In this document: piece after piece, positions 26,461 through 35,024 of the stretch | Layout of the letters: each line of letters opens with the position of its first letter | Position numbering within the stretch: the stretch's first letter is position 1 | Assembly (NCBI GenBank): GCA_040902005.1 | Contig: JBBDYA010000114.1 | Coordinates: 10,180-74,179, forward strand | Reading direction: 5' to 3' | DNA: 64,000 bases | Origin: Gemmatimonadaceae bacterium | GTDB taxonomy: Bacteria > Gemmatimonadota > Gemmatimonadetes > Gemmatimonadales > Gemmatimonadaceae | The notes under the pieces: model-generated | The model's database searches: none | Told to the model about the DNA's origin: nothing | The model's input: the letters and a program-made list of their open reading frames with translations, nothing else | Position numbers and translations under genes: made by a program

Positions 26461-27920
26461 CAGTCCCGCACGCCCATCGGCAGCTCGAAGGAGAGCTGGA
26501 ACTGGAGACGCGCCGCCCCGCCCGGAGCCGTTGCGTCCCGATAGGCCATCTCGTCGAGCGCCAGCCCTTCGACCGACAGCCGCAGCGGCAGACGGCGATA
26601 GAAATCGTGCAGCCCCTGCACGGCCAGGCCATTGGACTGGGCCGAGACAGTGCCTCTGAGTTGCGCCAGCCAACCGGAGGCGCCTCTATCGAGTTGCAGC
26701 GAGTCCAGTCGGACCGGCCCCGCGACGGCGCCCGCGATGGCCGCGAGCGCGCGCTGGAGCTCGACACGGTCCGCATCGGCGTATCGCAACGCGGTGACCG
26801 CGTCGCGGACGATCTTCCGATGGCTGGCGGTGGCGCGCATGGGCAGCATGGCGAACGATTCCTGCTGCACCTGGCTGCGGGCGTCGCGCAGGTCGTTGGC
26901 AGCGGTTCGCGCCGACAGGGCGGCGAACATCGCCCAGGCGCCGACCAGCGCGGCCGCAGCGACGGCCGCCCATGACGCTTGATGCAGTCGGGTTGCGGCG
27001 CCCGCCGGGCGCCTCCCCGCGGTGGAACCGGCGAGCGCCAACGGATGCGCCGACTGGGCGTCGAGCACGGCGCCCATGGCCGCGAGCGCGGCTGCCGGGA
27101 GTCCATGCACGTCCAGGCGCTGCACGGGCAATCCCAGGCGCTCGGTGAGGCGGCCTTCAACGTCGGCGAAGGAATCGCCGCCGTGCGCGACGGTGACCCG
27201 CTCCACCTGCGCGCCGCGAAACTGCTGGCGCACGAAAATGGCCCCGAGCTCGAGTTCCTCCACGATGGACGCACTGTCCGGACGGTCGTCGGCGTCCGCG
27301 AGCGGCGGTTCCACGGCGAGTCGCAGCGCGCCGGCAAGAAAAAATCCGATAAAGACGCCGTCCGGGAGGGGAGCGACGATGGCTGTGGTCTCGCGCGCAT
27401 CGATCAGCTCCTCCTCCAGGCGCTGAATGGCGGCAGGGAGGGCGGTGAGATGGAGCAGCCGGTGTCCGGCGCCACGCAGCGCGGAGTCGAATGCGTCGAT
27501 CGTCTCGGGCGAACACGCGGCAACGAGCACCTGTCGCTGCGGCATCACATCCGGCGGCGGCGCGGCTTCGGTCGGGAGCGGGGTCCACGCAATGACGGGG
27601 GGGGGATCGGCCAGTTGCGGCTCCAGCCGGCGCAGCTCGCGGTCCACGATGGTCCCGAGCAGGTCGTCGGGAGCGGGCGGAAAGCCGAGGACGTGGTGCA
27701 CGACGTCGAAGCCGCGAAGGGCGATCGCGACGCTGGCGCCGCGAATGTTCTGCGCGGCCAGCGCACCGACGAACCGTGCGGCCGCGTCCCGCGCGCTTCC
27801 GAGGGGGGAGGGCGCCGGCACGCTGAACGTGCGCTCGACCTCCATGCCGGCGCCGCGCCGTCGCGACTCGATCGCGAACACGCCGCGCGGACAGATGTAC
27901 GCGCCGATCACGCGACTCAT
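26460..27920 (-). CDS. GspL / PilM-PilN fusion-like (MshI-like) assembly protein
   Basis: ATGA coupling to gspF. A cytoplasmic actin-like domain (MSRVIGAYICPRGVFAIE...) is followed by a TM helix (AAVAAAALVGAWAMFAAL) and a periplasmic domain. The upstream 193 aa of ORF 26460..28499 are rejected. Confidence 0.6.
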   Translation of the reverse strand: MSRVIGAYICPRGVFAIESRRRGAGMEVERTFSVPAPSPLGSARDAAARFVGALAAQNIRGASVAIALRGFDVVHHVLGFPPAPDDLLGTIVDRELRRLEPQLADPPPVIAWTPLPTEAAPPPDVMPQRQVLVAACSPETIDAFDSALRGAGHRLLHLTALPAAIQRLEEELIDARETTAIVAPLPDGVFIGFFLAGALRLAVEPPLADADDRPDSASIVEELELGAIFVRQQFRGAQVERVTVAHGGDSFADVEGRLTERLGLPVQRLDVHGLPAAALAAMGAVLDAQSAHPLALAGSTAGRRPAGAATRLHQASWAAVAAAALVGAWAMFAALSARTAANDLRDARSQVQQESFAMLPMRATASHRKIVRDAVTALRYADADRVELQRALAAIAGAVAGPVRLDSLQLDRGASGWLAQLRGTVSAQSNGLAVQGLHDFYRRLPLRLSVEGLALDEMAYRDATAPGGAARLQFQLSFELPMGVRD

Positions 27921-29125
27921 CGCCGGATCCCGATGGTGTTGTAGATGTTCAGGATCGGGAGCATGATCGCGAGCGCCACCATCAGAATCACGCCGCCGAG
28001 GATGACGATCATCATCGGCTGGATCAGCGTGATCACGCGGCGCACCGCCGCCGGAATCTCTCTCGCGTAGTACAACTTCGCGCGCTCGAGCGACTGATCG
28101 AGCTGACCCGTGGATTCGCCGAGCGCGAGACTGCGCATGACCACGGTGGGCACGAGTGCGGATTTCGCGAAGGCGGTGGCCATCGTCTCGCCGCCAGCGA
28201 TGGCGGCGCGCGCGTCTCGCACCACCCGCCCGACCACGCGGTTCGTGGCCATCTGCTCCACCAGGAGCAGCGACTGCAACAGGTTCACTCCCGTGCGATA
28301 GAACAGACTCAGGTACGTGACGACGCGCGCCATGTTGACCTCGAGCACGAACTGCCCAATCACCGGCAACTTGAGGATCAGCGCGTCCAGTGCATACCGC
28401 CCGCCCTCGCTGCGACGGATGGCGGCCAACGCGATGACCGTGGCGATGACGCCCAACAGCAGCATCAGCCAGTGATCCCGGACCATCACGGACGACCACA
28501 TGATGATGCGCGTGGGAAGCGGAAGCTCGACCTGGCGCAACTGGAGGATGGGGATCAGCCGTGGAAAGGCGAAGCCGACGAGTCCGACGACGAGCAGCGA
28601 GATCGCGCCGAGCACGACGATCGGGTACATCGTGGCCTGGCGGACGGACGACGTGATGGTCTCCTGCCAGTCGAGATACTCGACGAGCTGCTGGAGCGAG
28701 AAGGCCAGCTGTCCACTGGCCTCGCCCGCCTGGATCGTCGAGATGAAGAGCGGGGGAAATGCCTTCGGATGATCGGCCATCGCGTCGGACAGGCTCTTGC
28801 CCTCGTTCGCGACGGCATCGCGCACCTCGGTGACGATGATCTTGAGTCGCGGGGACTTGATCCGCTTCGGGATGTCGTCGAGGATCGAGAGGAGGGGAAT
28901 GCCGGCAGTGAATGACCCGGCGAGGTACTCGAGGAAGGCGAGCAGCTCCTTGCGGTCCACCTTGCCGTCCGTCACGCGACGCGTTTGCGCGCGCACCCGC
29001 GTCTTGATCAGGAACGATCCCTTGAGGCGCAACTGCTCCTCGAGCTGGATCTCGCTGGGGGCGCTGATGATTCCCTCCTCGACGGTTCCGCTCCCGGTCA
29101 GCGCCTGATACCAGAAATCGGGCAC
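27917..29125 (-). CDS. gspF: Type II secretion / type IV pilus platform protein (GspF/PilC/MshG family)
   Basis: There are two T2SSF repeats (FLEYLAGSFTAGIPLLSIL..., ...LLLVEQMATNRVV.., ESTGQLDQSLERAKLYYAREI) and three TM segments. The start is GTG. Confidence 0.9.
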   Translation of the reverse strand: MPDFWYQALTGSGTVEEGIISAPSEIQLEEQLRLKGSFLIKTRVRAQTRRVTDGKVDRKELLAFLEYLAGSFTAGIPLLSILDDIPKRIKSPRLKIIVTEVRDAVANEGKSLSDAMADHPKAFPPLFISTIQAGEASGQLAFSLQQLVEYLDWQETITSSVRQATMYPIVVLGAISLLVVGLVGFAFPRLIPILQLRQVELPLPTRIIMWSSVMVRDHWLMLLLGVIATVIALAAIRRSEGGRYALDALILKLPVIGQFVLEVNMARVVTYLSLFYRTGVNLLQSLLLVEQMATNRVVGRVVRDARAAIAGGETMATAFAKSALVPTVVMRSLALGESTGQLDQSLERAKLYYAREIPAAVRRVITLIQPMMIVILGGVILMVALAIMLPILNIYNTIGIRR

Positions 29126-29138
29126 GCGGTCTCCGGCC

Positions 29139-30884
29139 TCAGGCGGTGACGCGCAGGATTTCGTCGAGCGTCGTCAACCCCGCCCGCACCTTGCGCAATC
29201 CGTCCTGGAGCAGCGTGGGGCGGCCGGAGTCCGCGTGGATCTGCTCCGGCGCGGTGCGCTCGTGAATCGCGGCCACGATGTCGGGTGACATGGGGAGCAG
29301 CTCGAGGATCGCGATGCGCCCGAGGTACCCCGTGTTGCGGCAGCGCGAGCAGCCGCGCGGGCCGAACAGCGTGACGTCGTCGAGGCCGAACCGCTTCCGG
29401 ACGGCGCCGGGCATGTCCACCTTCGCCTTGCACTCGGCGCACAAGACGCGCACCAGGCGCTGGGACACGAGCATCGTCACCGCGGACGCGATCACGAAGG
29501 GCTCGGCACCCATGTCGAGCAGACGGGGAATCGTGCCCGCCGCCGTCGTGGTATGGAGCGTGGTGAGCACCAGGTGGCCCGTGAGCGCGGCGCTGAGCGC
29601 GATCTGCACCGTTTCATGGTCGCGCATTTCGCCGACCAGGATGATGTCGGGATCGTGTCGCAGGATGGAACGCAGTCCCGTGGCGAACGTCAGTCCCGCC
29701 CGCACGTTCACCTGCGACTGCCGGATCTGCGCCATCTCGTACTCGATGGGATCCTCGAGCGTGATGATCGCGCGGTCGCCGGTGTTGAGCTCGGCCAGCG
29801 CGGCATAGAGCGTCGTCGTTTTGCCGGAGCCGGTGGGTCCGGTGACGGGAATCAGGCCGTGCGGCCGCCGGAGGGCGTTGCGCAGCAGCAGCAGGTCGTC
29901 GGCCTCGATCCCGAGCTTCTCGAGCTGAAGGGGCACGCGCCCGCGGTCGAGGATACGCAGGACGATGTCCTCGCCGTGCAGCGTGGGGAACGTGGACACG
30001 CGCAGGTCCACGCTGTTGTTGCCGGCGCGGACGCGGACGCGACCGTCCTGCGGCAGGCGGGAGTCGGCGATGTCGAGGTTGCAAAGAATCTTCACGCGGC
30101 TGATGAGGGCCGATTGCGCCGCCTTGGGGAAGCTCTGTCCATCGGTGAGCAGCCCGTCGATGCGGTATCGGATGCGCAACTGATCGTCCACCGGCTCGAT
30201 GTGGATGTCGGTGGCGCCCATCTCGATGCCGCGCCGGATCACCTCGTCGATGACGCCGGCCGCGTTCTGCTCGTCGCCCGGGGCGGCGCGCGCGGCCGCG
30301 GGCGCCGGCCATCCCGCGCGCGGGGCGCCGCGCGCTCCGGCGGCTGCGTCCGAACCGCGCGCCAACTCGAGTCGCGGCGCCGACGACGTGGCTGGCGCGC
30401 CGGCGACCGGCAGGGAGACGCCGGCTCCAGCGCCGGCGGCTGCCATGCGCGCTGCGCCGGCATACGCGTGTTCGATGGCGCGAAGCACGACGCTGCGTTC
30501 GGCGCCGACCACCCGAATGGAACGGCCCGCCGCGCGCGTCAGCGAGCGGATGCTCAGCAAGTCGAACGGGTCGGCCATGGCGAGCACGAGATGCCGGCTT
30601 TCGACCCTGGCGGGAACGACTGAGTGCTGGCGGGCGAGCTCGAGGGGGATGAGCGCGACGGCGGCGGCGTCCGGCTGGATCTCCGATTCGGTGACGAACG
30701 GGATCCCGGCGTCAGCGCAGAGCGTCTTGAGCAACGCGGTCTCGTCCAGGTAGCCGAGCGAGACAAGGGCCTGACCCAACTTCTGGCCGCTCGAGTTCTG
30801 GACGGCGAGCGCTTCGTCGAGCTGCTGCTTTGTCACGAGGCCGGCGTTGAGCAGCGTATCGCCGAGCCAACGCCTCACGGCCAT
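29139..30884 (-). CDS. gspE: Type II/IV secretion ATPase (GspE/PilB/MshE family)
   Basis: The N-terminal T2SSE_N domain is LVTKQQLDEALAVQNSSGQKLGQALVSLGYLDETALLKTL. Walker A is GPTGSGKTTT. Asp and His boxes are present, as is the tetracysteine CAECK...CSRCRNTGY. A long Ala/Gly/Pro linker is present. Confidence 0.9.
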   Translation of the reverse strand: MAVRRWLGDTLLNAGLVTKQQLDEALAVQNSSGQKLGQALVSLGYLDETALLKTLCADAGIPFVTESEIQPDAAAVALIPLELARQHSVVPARVESRHLVLAMADPFDLLSIRSLTRAAGRSIRVVGAERSVVLRAIEHAYAGAARMAAAGAGAGVSLPVAGAPATSSAPRLELARGSDAAAGARGAPRAGWPAPAAARAAPGDEQNAAGVIDEVIRRGIEMGATDIHIEPVDDQLRIRYRIDGLLTDGQSFPKAAQSALISRVKILCNLDIADSRLPQDGRVRVRAGNNSVDLRVSTFPTLHGEDIVLRILDRGRVPLQLEKLGIEADDLLLLRNALRRPHGLIPVTGPTGSGKTTTLYAALAELNTGDRAIITLEDPIEYEMAQIRQSQVNVRAGLTFATGLRSILRHDPDIILVGEMRDHETVQIALSAALTGHLVLTTLHTTTAAGTIPRLLDMGAEPFVIASAVTMLVSQRLVRVLCAECKAKVDMPGAVRKRFGLDDVTLFGPRGCSRCRNTGYLGRIAILELLPMSPDIVAAIHERTAPEQIHADSGRPTLLQDGLRKVRAGLTTLDEILRVTA

Positions 30885-31013
30885 CAGGTGCCCTCGGTCA
30901 ACGTGTCACTGGAAGGCCAACCCGGCGGCGGAAGAGCGCCAGCGCCGGCAGGAGATCGACGCGCAAAGTTGGCTCCGGGCAACAGTATAACACATCCCGG
31001 CTCACCCACTGCC

Positions 31014-32093
31014 TCACGGTCTCCAGTCCGCGATGAACACGTCGGTTCCCCCCGGTGTGGGTGAGTTCCGGTTGGAGGCCCAGACCAGCCGAGTGCCGTC
31101 CGGGCTGAACATCGGGAAGCCGTCGAATTCTTCGTGCATCGTTACCTGCTCCAGCCCGGTGCCGTCGAGGTTCACGAGGAAGAGGTCGAAGTTGCGACTG
31201 CGTGGATTGCGGTAGTTCGACGAGAAGATGATCTGGCGCCCGCCCGGCGCGAAAATCGGCGCGAAGTTGGCGCCGCCCAGGTTCGTGATCTGCCGCTGGT
31301 TGGACCCGTCGGCGTCCATGATCCAGAGTTCCATGCGGCTGGGACGCACGAGCCCCCGGCGCAGCAGGTCCCGGTAGGACTCCAGTTCGGGACCGGTGGG
31401 GCGCATCGCGCGATACACGATGTGCCTGCCGTCCGGAGAGAAGAACGCTCCGCCGTCGTAGCCGGGCGTGGTGGTCAGCCGGCGGACGTTGGTGCCGTCG
31501 AGGGCCATCGTGTAGATGTCGAGATCCCCGTCCTTGAGCGACGTGAACACGATGGTGCTGCCGTTCGGGGAGAGCGTGGCCTCCGCGGTATAGATGCCGT
31601 AGTTCGTGAGCCGGCGGCGGTCGGACCCATCGCGGTTGGCGGTATAGAGGTCGAATGAGTCCAGACGCCACACGTATCCACTGGACGCATCGGGACTCGG
31701 CGGGCAGGTGGTGTCCACGGCGTGGGTCGACGCATAGACGATCTTCTGGCCGCCGTCGAAGAAGTATCCGCACGTGGTCTTGCCGGTGCCGTCCGACACG
31801 CGGCGCAGGTCCGAACCGTCCACTCGCATGACGTACTGTTGGTCGCAACTGCGTCCGTCCCGGCTGGACTGAAAGATCAGCCACTGACCATCGGGGCTGA
31901 AGTACGCTTCCGCGTTCTCGCCGCCGTAGGTGAGCTGTCGGATGTTGGCGAGGTGCGACTCGCCCGCGGCGGCGGCGACCATCCTGGGTGTGGCGGTGCC
32001 AGAGGCGGATCCCACCAGTGTGCGCGCGCACGCGCCTGACGTGAAAACCGCCGTCGCGCTGAGCGCGATGGCGGTGAATGCGAACCGTGTCAT
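31014..32093 (-). CDS. Secreted TolB-like PD40 beta-propeller protein
   Basis: A signal peptide (MTRFAFTAIALSATAVFTSGA) is followed by repeated PD40 units (YFSPDGQWLIFQS, LSPNGSTIVFTSLKDGDLDIY, FFSPDGRHIVYRA, IFAPGGRQIIFSS, MFSPDGTRLVWAS). Confidence 0.8.
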   Translation of the reverse strand: MTRFAFTAIALSATAVFTSGACARTLVGSASGTATPRMVAAAAGESHLANIRQLTYGGENAEAYFSPDGQWLIFQSSRDGRSCDQQYVMRVDGSDLRRVSDGTGKTTCGYFFDGGQKIVYASTHAVDTTCPPSPDASSGYVWRLDSFDLYTANRDGSDRRRLTNYGIYTAEATLSPNGSTIVFTSLKDGDLDIYTMALDGTNVRRLTTTPGYDGGAFFSPDGRHIVYRAMRPTGPELESYRDLLRRGLVRPSRMELWIMDADGSNQRQITNLGGANFAPIFAPGGRQIIFSSNYRNPRSRNFDLFLVNLDGTGLEQVTMHEEFDGFPMFSPDGTRLVWASNRNSPTPGGTDVFIADWRP

Positions 32094-32167
32094 GCCCGAA
32101 ATGTATCGCCCTCCGCGGTTCGCATCGACCGACCCGCGATAAAGAAGCAGCGCTGGTATCCCAGCGG

Positions 32168-33763
32168 TTACGGACGCCGCGCGGTGCTCGCCGCTGGCGC
32201 CGCCGCCTCGGCAAGGTTGAAGAGGTCGCGCTGCGTCTGGCCCCTGTTCATCATGTCGATCGCTTTCTGCAGCACGTTGTCATACCTGAGCTGACGTCGC
32301 GCCACGGCGGAATCGCCCATGGCATACCGGAACGCAAACCGCTCGATCTCCTTGTCGAGCCAGCGGCTTCCCCCTTCCCACTCCACCGAATCCACGACGA
32401 GGCCGCGAGCGACGGTGCGTCGGAAGAGTTCCGCGCGCCACGCCGCCTGGTTCTCGCCTTCCCGCGGCAGCCGCTTCGACAGCTCGAGCGCGTAGTCCTG
32501 AAGCGCGTTCGAGAACTCCTGCGCCTTGGGGGACAGCTTCCTGAGCAGCGTCTGTTCCGCGGTCGTGAGCGTGTCGCTCGGCACGATGACGTCTGGCGTG
32601 ACGCCGCCGCCGCCATACACCACGCGGCCGCCGTCCGACTTGAAGGCCGGCCGGTCCTTCTTGCTGGCGTCCGTCTCGAGCGAATCCGTGGCCGTGTCTT
32701 CCACGAACCGGCCGTCAACATACTTGCGTTCCCGCTGAATGGAGCGTCCGCTGGGGGTGAACCACTTGGCCGTGGTAAGCTTGAGCGCGTAGCCGCCGTC
32801 CAGGTTGAAGACGGACTGCACGAGTCCCTTGCCGAACGTCGTCTGCCCCACGATCACGGCACGATCGTGATCCTGAAGGGCGCCGGCCACGATCTCACTG
32901 GCAGACGCCGAGCGACCATCCACGAGCACGATGAGTGGCGTGGTGGGGAGCGCGGGTTGCGAGCGCGCCACGTATGACTGCGATTCGCCGCTGCGAGCGC
33001 GCACCGAAGCGATCTCGGAGCCTGCTGGCAGGAACAGGTTGCTGACCGTGAGCGACTGCTCGAGAATGCCACCTGGATTCTCGCGCAGGTCGATGATCAC
33101 ACCCTTGGCACCCCGCCGCGTCATGTCGCGGATGGCCTTTTCCAGTTCGGTCGCCGCGTTCTCGTTGAAGGTGTTGAGCGGAACGTACCCGACGGAGCCG
33201 AAGAGGATGCCGAATGGAACCGCCGGTACATGCACGATGGCGCGCGTGAACGTGATGTCCAGCGGCTGCGCGACGCCTGGGCGCGAGAACTTGACGCGGA
33301 CCTTGGTGCCCGGCGTGCCGGTCAGGCTGTCGGCCGTGATCGCCGTCGTCCATCCGCGCGTGGAATGCGTGTCCACCTGGATGATGCGGTCACCCTCGCG
33401 AATCCCATTGCGCTCGGCGGGGGAATTGGGGAACACGCGCTCCACGACGATCATCTCGTCGCGTGGCAGAATCGACATGCCCAGTCCGCCGTAGCGGCCG
33501 CCGGTGCGAGAGGAAAACTGCTTCATCTGGCTGGGCGACAGCAGCTCGGTGTACGGGTCGTTCAGCTCGCGCACCAGACCGCGGGCGGCCTTCTCGTACA
33601 TGGCGCCCTGCGGCAGCGTGTCAACGAAGCGCTCCGACACGAGCGAGAGCACCTGCTCCAGCAGCATCGGCCCTTCACGGACGGCACGCGACTGGAGGAG
33701 GAACCCGCCGGCGAGCAGCGGAAGAAGAATGACGCCTACGGCGGCGAGCCTGGGACGACGCAT
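32168..33763 (-). CDS. ctpA: S41 family C-terminal processing peptidase (Ctp/Prc-like) with a PDZ domain
   Basis: The PDZ segment is VFPNSPAERNGIREGDRIIQVD. The catalytic region is IIDLRENPGGIL...LVDGRSASASEIVAGALQDHDRAVIVGQTTFGKGLVQ. An extra C-terminal domain is present. Confidence 0.9.
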   Translation of the reverse strand: MRRPRLAAVGVILLPLLAGGFLLQSRAVREGPMLLEQVLSLVSERFVDTLPQGAMYEKAARGLVRELNDPYTELLSPSQMKQFSSRTGGRYGGLGMSILPRDEMIVVERVFPNSPAERNGIREGDRIIQVDTHSTRGWTTAITADSLTGTPGTKVRVKFSRPGVAQPLDITFTRAIVHVPAVPFGILFGSVGYVPLNTFNENAATELEKAIRDMTRRGAKGVIIDLRENPGGILEQSLTVSNLFLPAGSEIASVRARSGESQSYVARSQPALPTTPLIVLVDGRSASASEIVAGALQDHDRAVIVGQTTFGKGLVQSVFNLDGGYALKLTTAKWFTPSGRSIQRERKYVDGRFVEDTATDSLETDASKKDRPAFKSDGGRVVYGGGGVTPDVIVPSDTLTTAEQTLLRKLSPKAQEFSNALQDYALELSKRLPREGENQAAWRAELFRRTVARGLVVDSVEWEGGSRWLDKEIERFAFRYAMGDSAVARRQLRYDNVLQKAIDMMNRGQTQRDLFNLAEAAAPAASTARRP

Positions 33764-33774
33764 GTTGGGGGCCT

Positions 33775-33829
33775 GGGAACTAGGAACTAGGAACTAGGGG
33801 CTAGGAACTAGGAGCTAGAGGCTGGGAAC
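33775..33829. repeat. CTAG-rich degenerate octamer array (GGAACTAG)n
   Basis: GGGAACTAGGAACTAGGAACTAGGGGCTAGGAACTAGGAGCTAGAGGCTGGGAAC contains six CTAG tetramers in 55 bp. It lies between the ctp start and the RepA-like locus. Confidence 0.85.
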
Positions 33830-33842
33830 GCCACACATGATT

Positions 33843-34040
33843 CTACGCAGCCGGCGAGCGTTCGGTTGAGTTACCCTCCTCATCGGTAGCTCCCTGCCAG
33901 AGCGCGCGCCAGCTGATCCCGCGTCCCGAGCGAAACCGCTTTCGGGTGAGCTTCACCCCGGTCGGTGATATTGCGACGGTAAAGGGTTCGCCGTCGATTT
34001 CGATTTCCCGTCGAATTTCCTTCAGAAGCTTCGTTGCCAT
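33843..34040 (-). CDS. Small hypothetical protein downstream of the RepA-like gene
   Basis: The 65-aa ORF is MATKLLKEIRREIEIDGEPFTVAISPTGVKLTRKRFRSGRGISW.... I recognised no family. Confidence 0.3.
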   Translation of the reverse strand: MATKLLKEIRREIEIDGEPFTVAISPTGVKLTRKRFRSGRGISWRALWQGATDEEGNSTERSPAA

Positions 34041-34097
34041 GTAAGTGATACACCTGCTGAACGAGACGGTTCAATGAGAAGCACGTATTGCGCCGTT

Positions 34098-34949
34098 TTA
34101 CTCGGCTTTCGAGGCCAACACGTACTCCGCATACCACTCCCGCCGGTGCTGCTTGAAGCCCGCGTCACGGACCAGACCGGCTTCCACGAGCATCACATGA
34201 GCCGGCTGTAACACGCGCTGGAGGTGGGAAGGGTACTTCTGCACCAGCGGAAGGATGTCCCGCAACCGCTCGAGTGAGACACGCCAACTGACGATTCCGT
34301 TTGCGCGAGCGATCTCGAGCAGGCGGTATAGCCGCCTCGCAACCGGGGACTGGAGGGCGAAATACCGGACGAGAGACAGAGTGACGACGTGCCGCGCGGC
34401 GATGTTCTCCCGCACCAGCGGATGGAAGACGATCCGCGCAACGCCCGGTTCCGAGGCCGGCACCGCGGCAAAAAGGCCGAGCTGTTCGCGATCCAGCTGC
34501 CGCCGCCTCTCGATCGTGACGGAGGACAGCACGGTGAACTGGCCGGATGTCAGCGCGCCGGCGCTCGCCGAGTAGTAGGCATTGGATGACTCCAGCGTGG
34601 TGCGCTCCAGCCGCCCGAGCGCGGATCGGAGCTGGTCATAGGTGCGTCCGTCCACCCTGCGGTCTATGGAGCGCAGAAAGCTGTGAAGGGTGAACGTGAT
34701 CACGCCGTCCTTGGGCTGCTCGGCTTCGTGAAAGCGGCGGCACAGCTCCACGTAGACGTCCTGGTCGAAGGTGCCGGGAAGCCGGTCGCCGGGCGCCGGA
34801 ATCACCCGCCAGCGGCCGCCGCTGTCGTCCACATACGCGATGATCGCGTCCTCCGCGGAGTCGCTGAGCCGAAACAGGGGCAGCGCCTCCAGGGAGCGAT
34901 CCAGAGCGACCAATCGGGTCGCGGCGCGACGGCGCACGGCGAGCGTCAT
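34098..34949 (-). CDS. Plasmid-type replication initiator protein A (RPA family)-like protein
   Basis: LPLFRLSDSAEDAIIAYVDD.GGRWRVIPAPGDRLPGTFDQDVYVELCRRF......GVITFTLHSFLRSIDRRVDGRTYDQLRSALGRLERTTLES follows the RPA family pattern by eye (hP-F-Ls ... GlpT.fDkDvl ... v.FT..dlL...gr..gG..Y..L..aL.RL..T.i). ATG 34949 was chosen, and a TTG at 34955 is also possible. Confidence 0.6.
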   Translation of the reverse strand: MTLAVRRRAATRLVALDRSLEALPLFRLSDSAEDAIIAYVDDSGGRWRVIPAPGDRLPGTFDQDVYVELCRRFHEAEQPKDGVITFTLHSFLRSIDRRVDGRTYDQLRSALGRLERTTLESSNAYYSASAGALTSGQFTVLSSVTIERRRQLDREQLGLFAAVPASEPGVARIVFHPLVRENIAARHVVTLSLVRYFALQSPVARRLYRLLEIARANGIVSWRVSLERLRDILPLVQKYPSHLQRVLQPAHVMLVEAGLVRDAGFKQHRREWYAEYVLASKAE

Positions 34950-35024
34950 GCTCAAAGCTACGCCGCAAGTCTCGAAGCGTAAGGCGCTTCATGTCCGTGG
35001 CGCAACGCCAAATATTACAACATG

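Noticed and set aside
27921-28499. N-terminal 193-aa extension of ORF 26460..28499
   Set aside because: It overlaps gspF out of frame and has junk composition. An ATGA-coupled start at 27920 gives a sensible GspL/PilM-like N-terminus.
30885-31013. Promoter for gspE (TATACT -10-like hexamer on the minus strand)
   Set aside because: No convincing -35 element at proper spacing. The gene may instead be co-transcribed with the upstream PD40 and ctp genes. The evidence is too weak to annotate.
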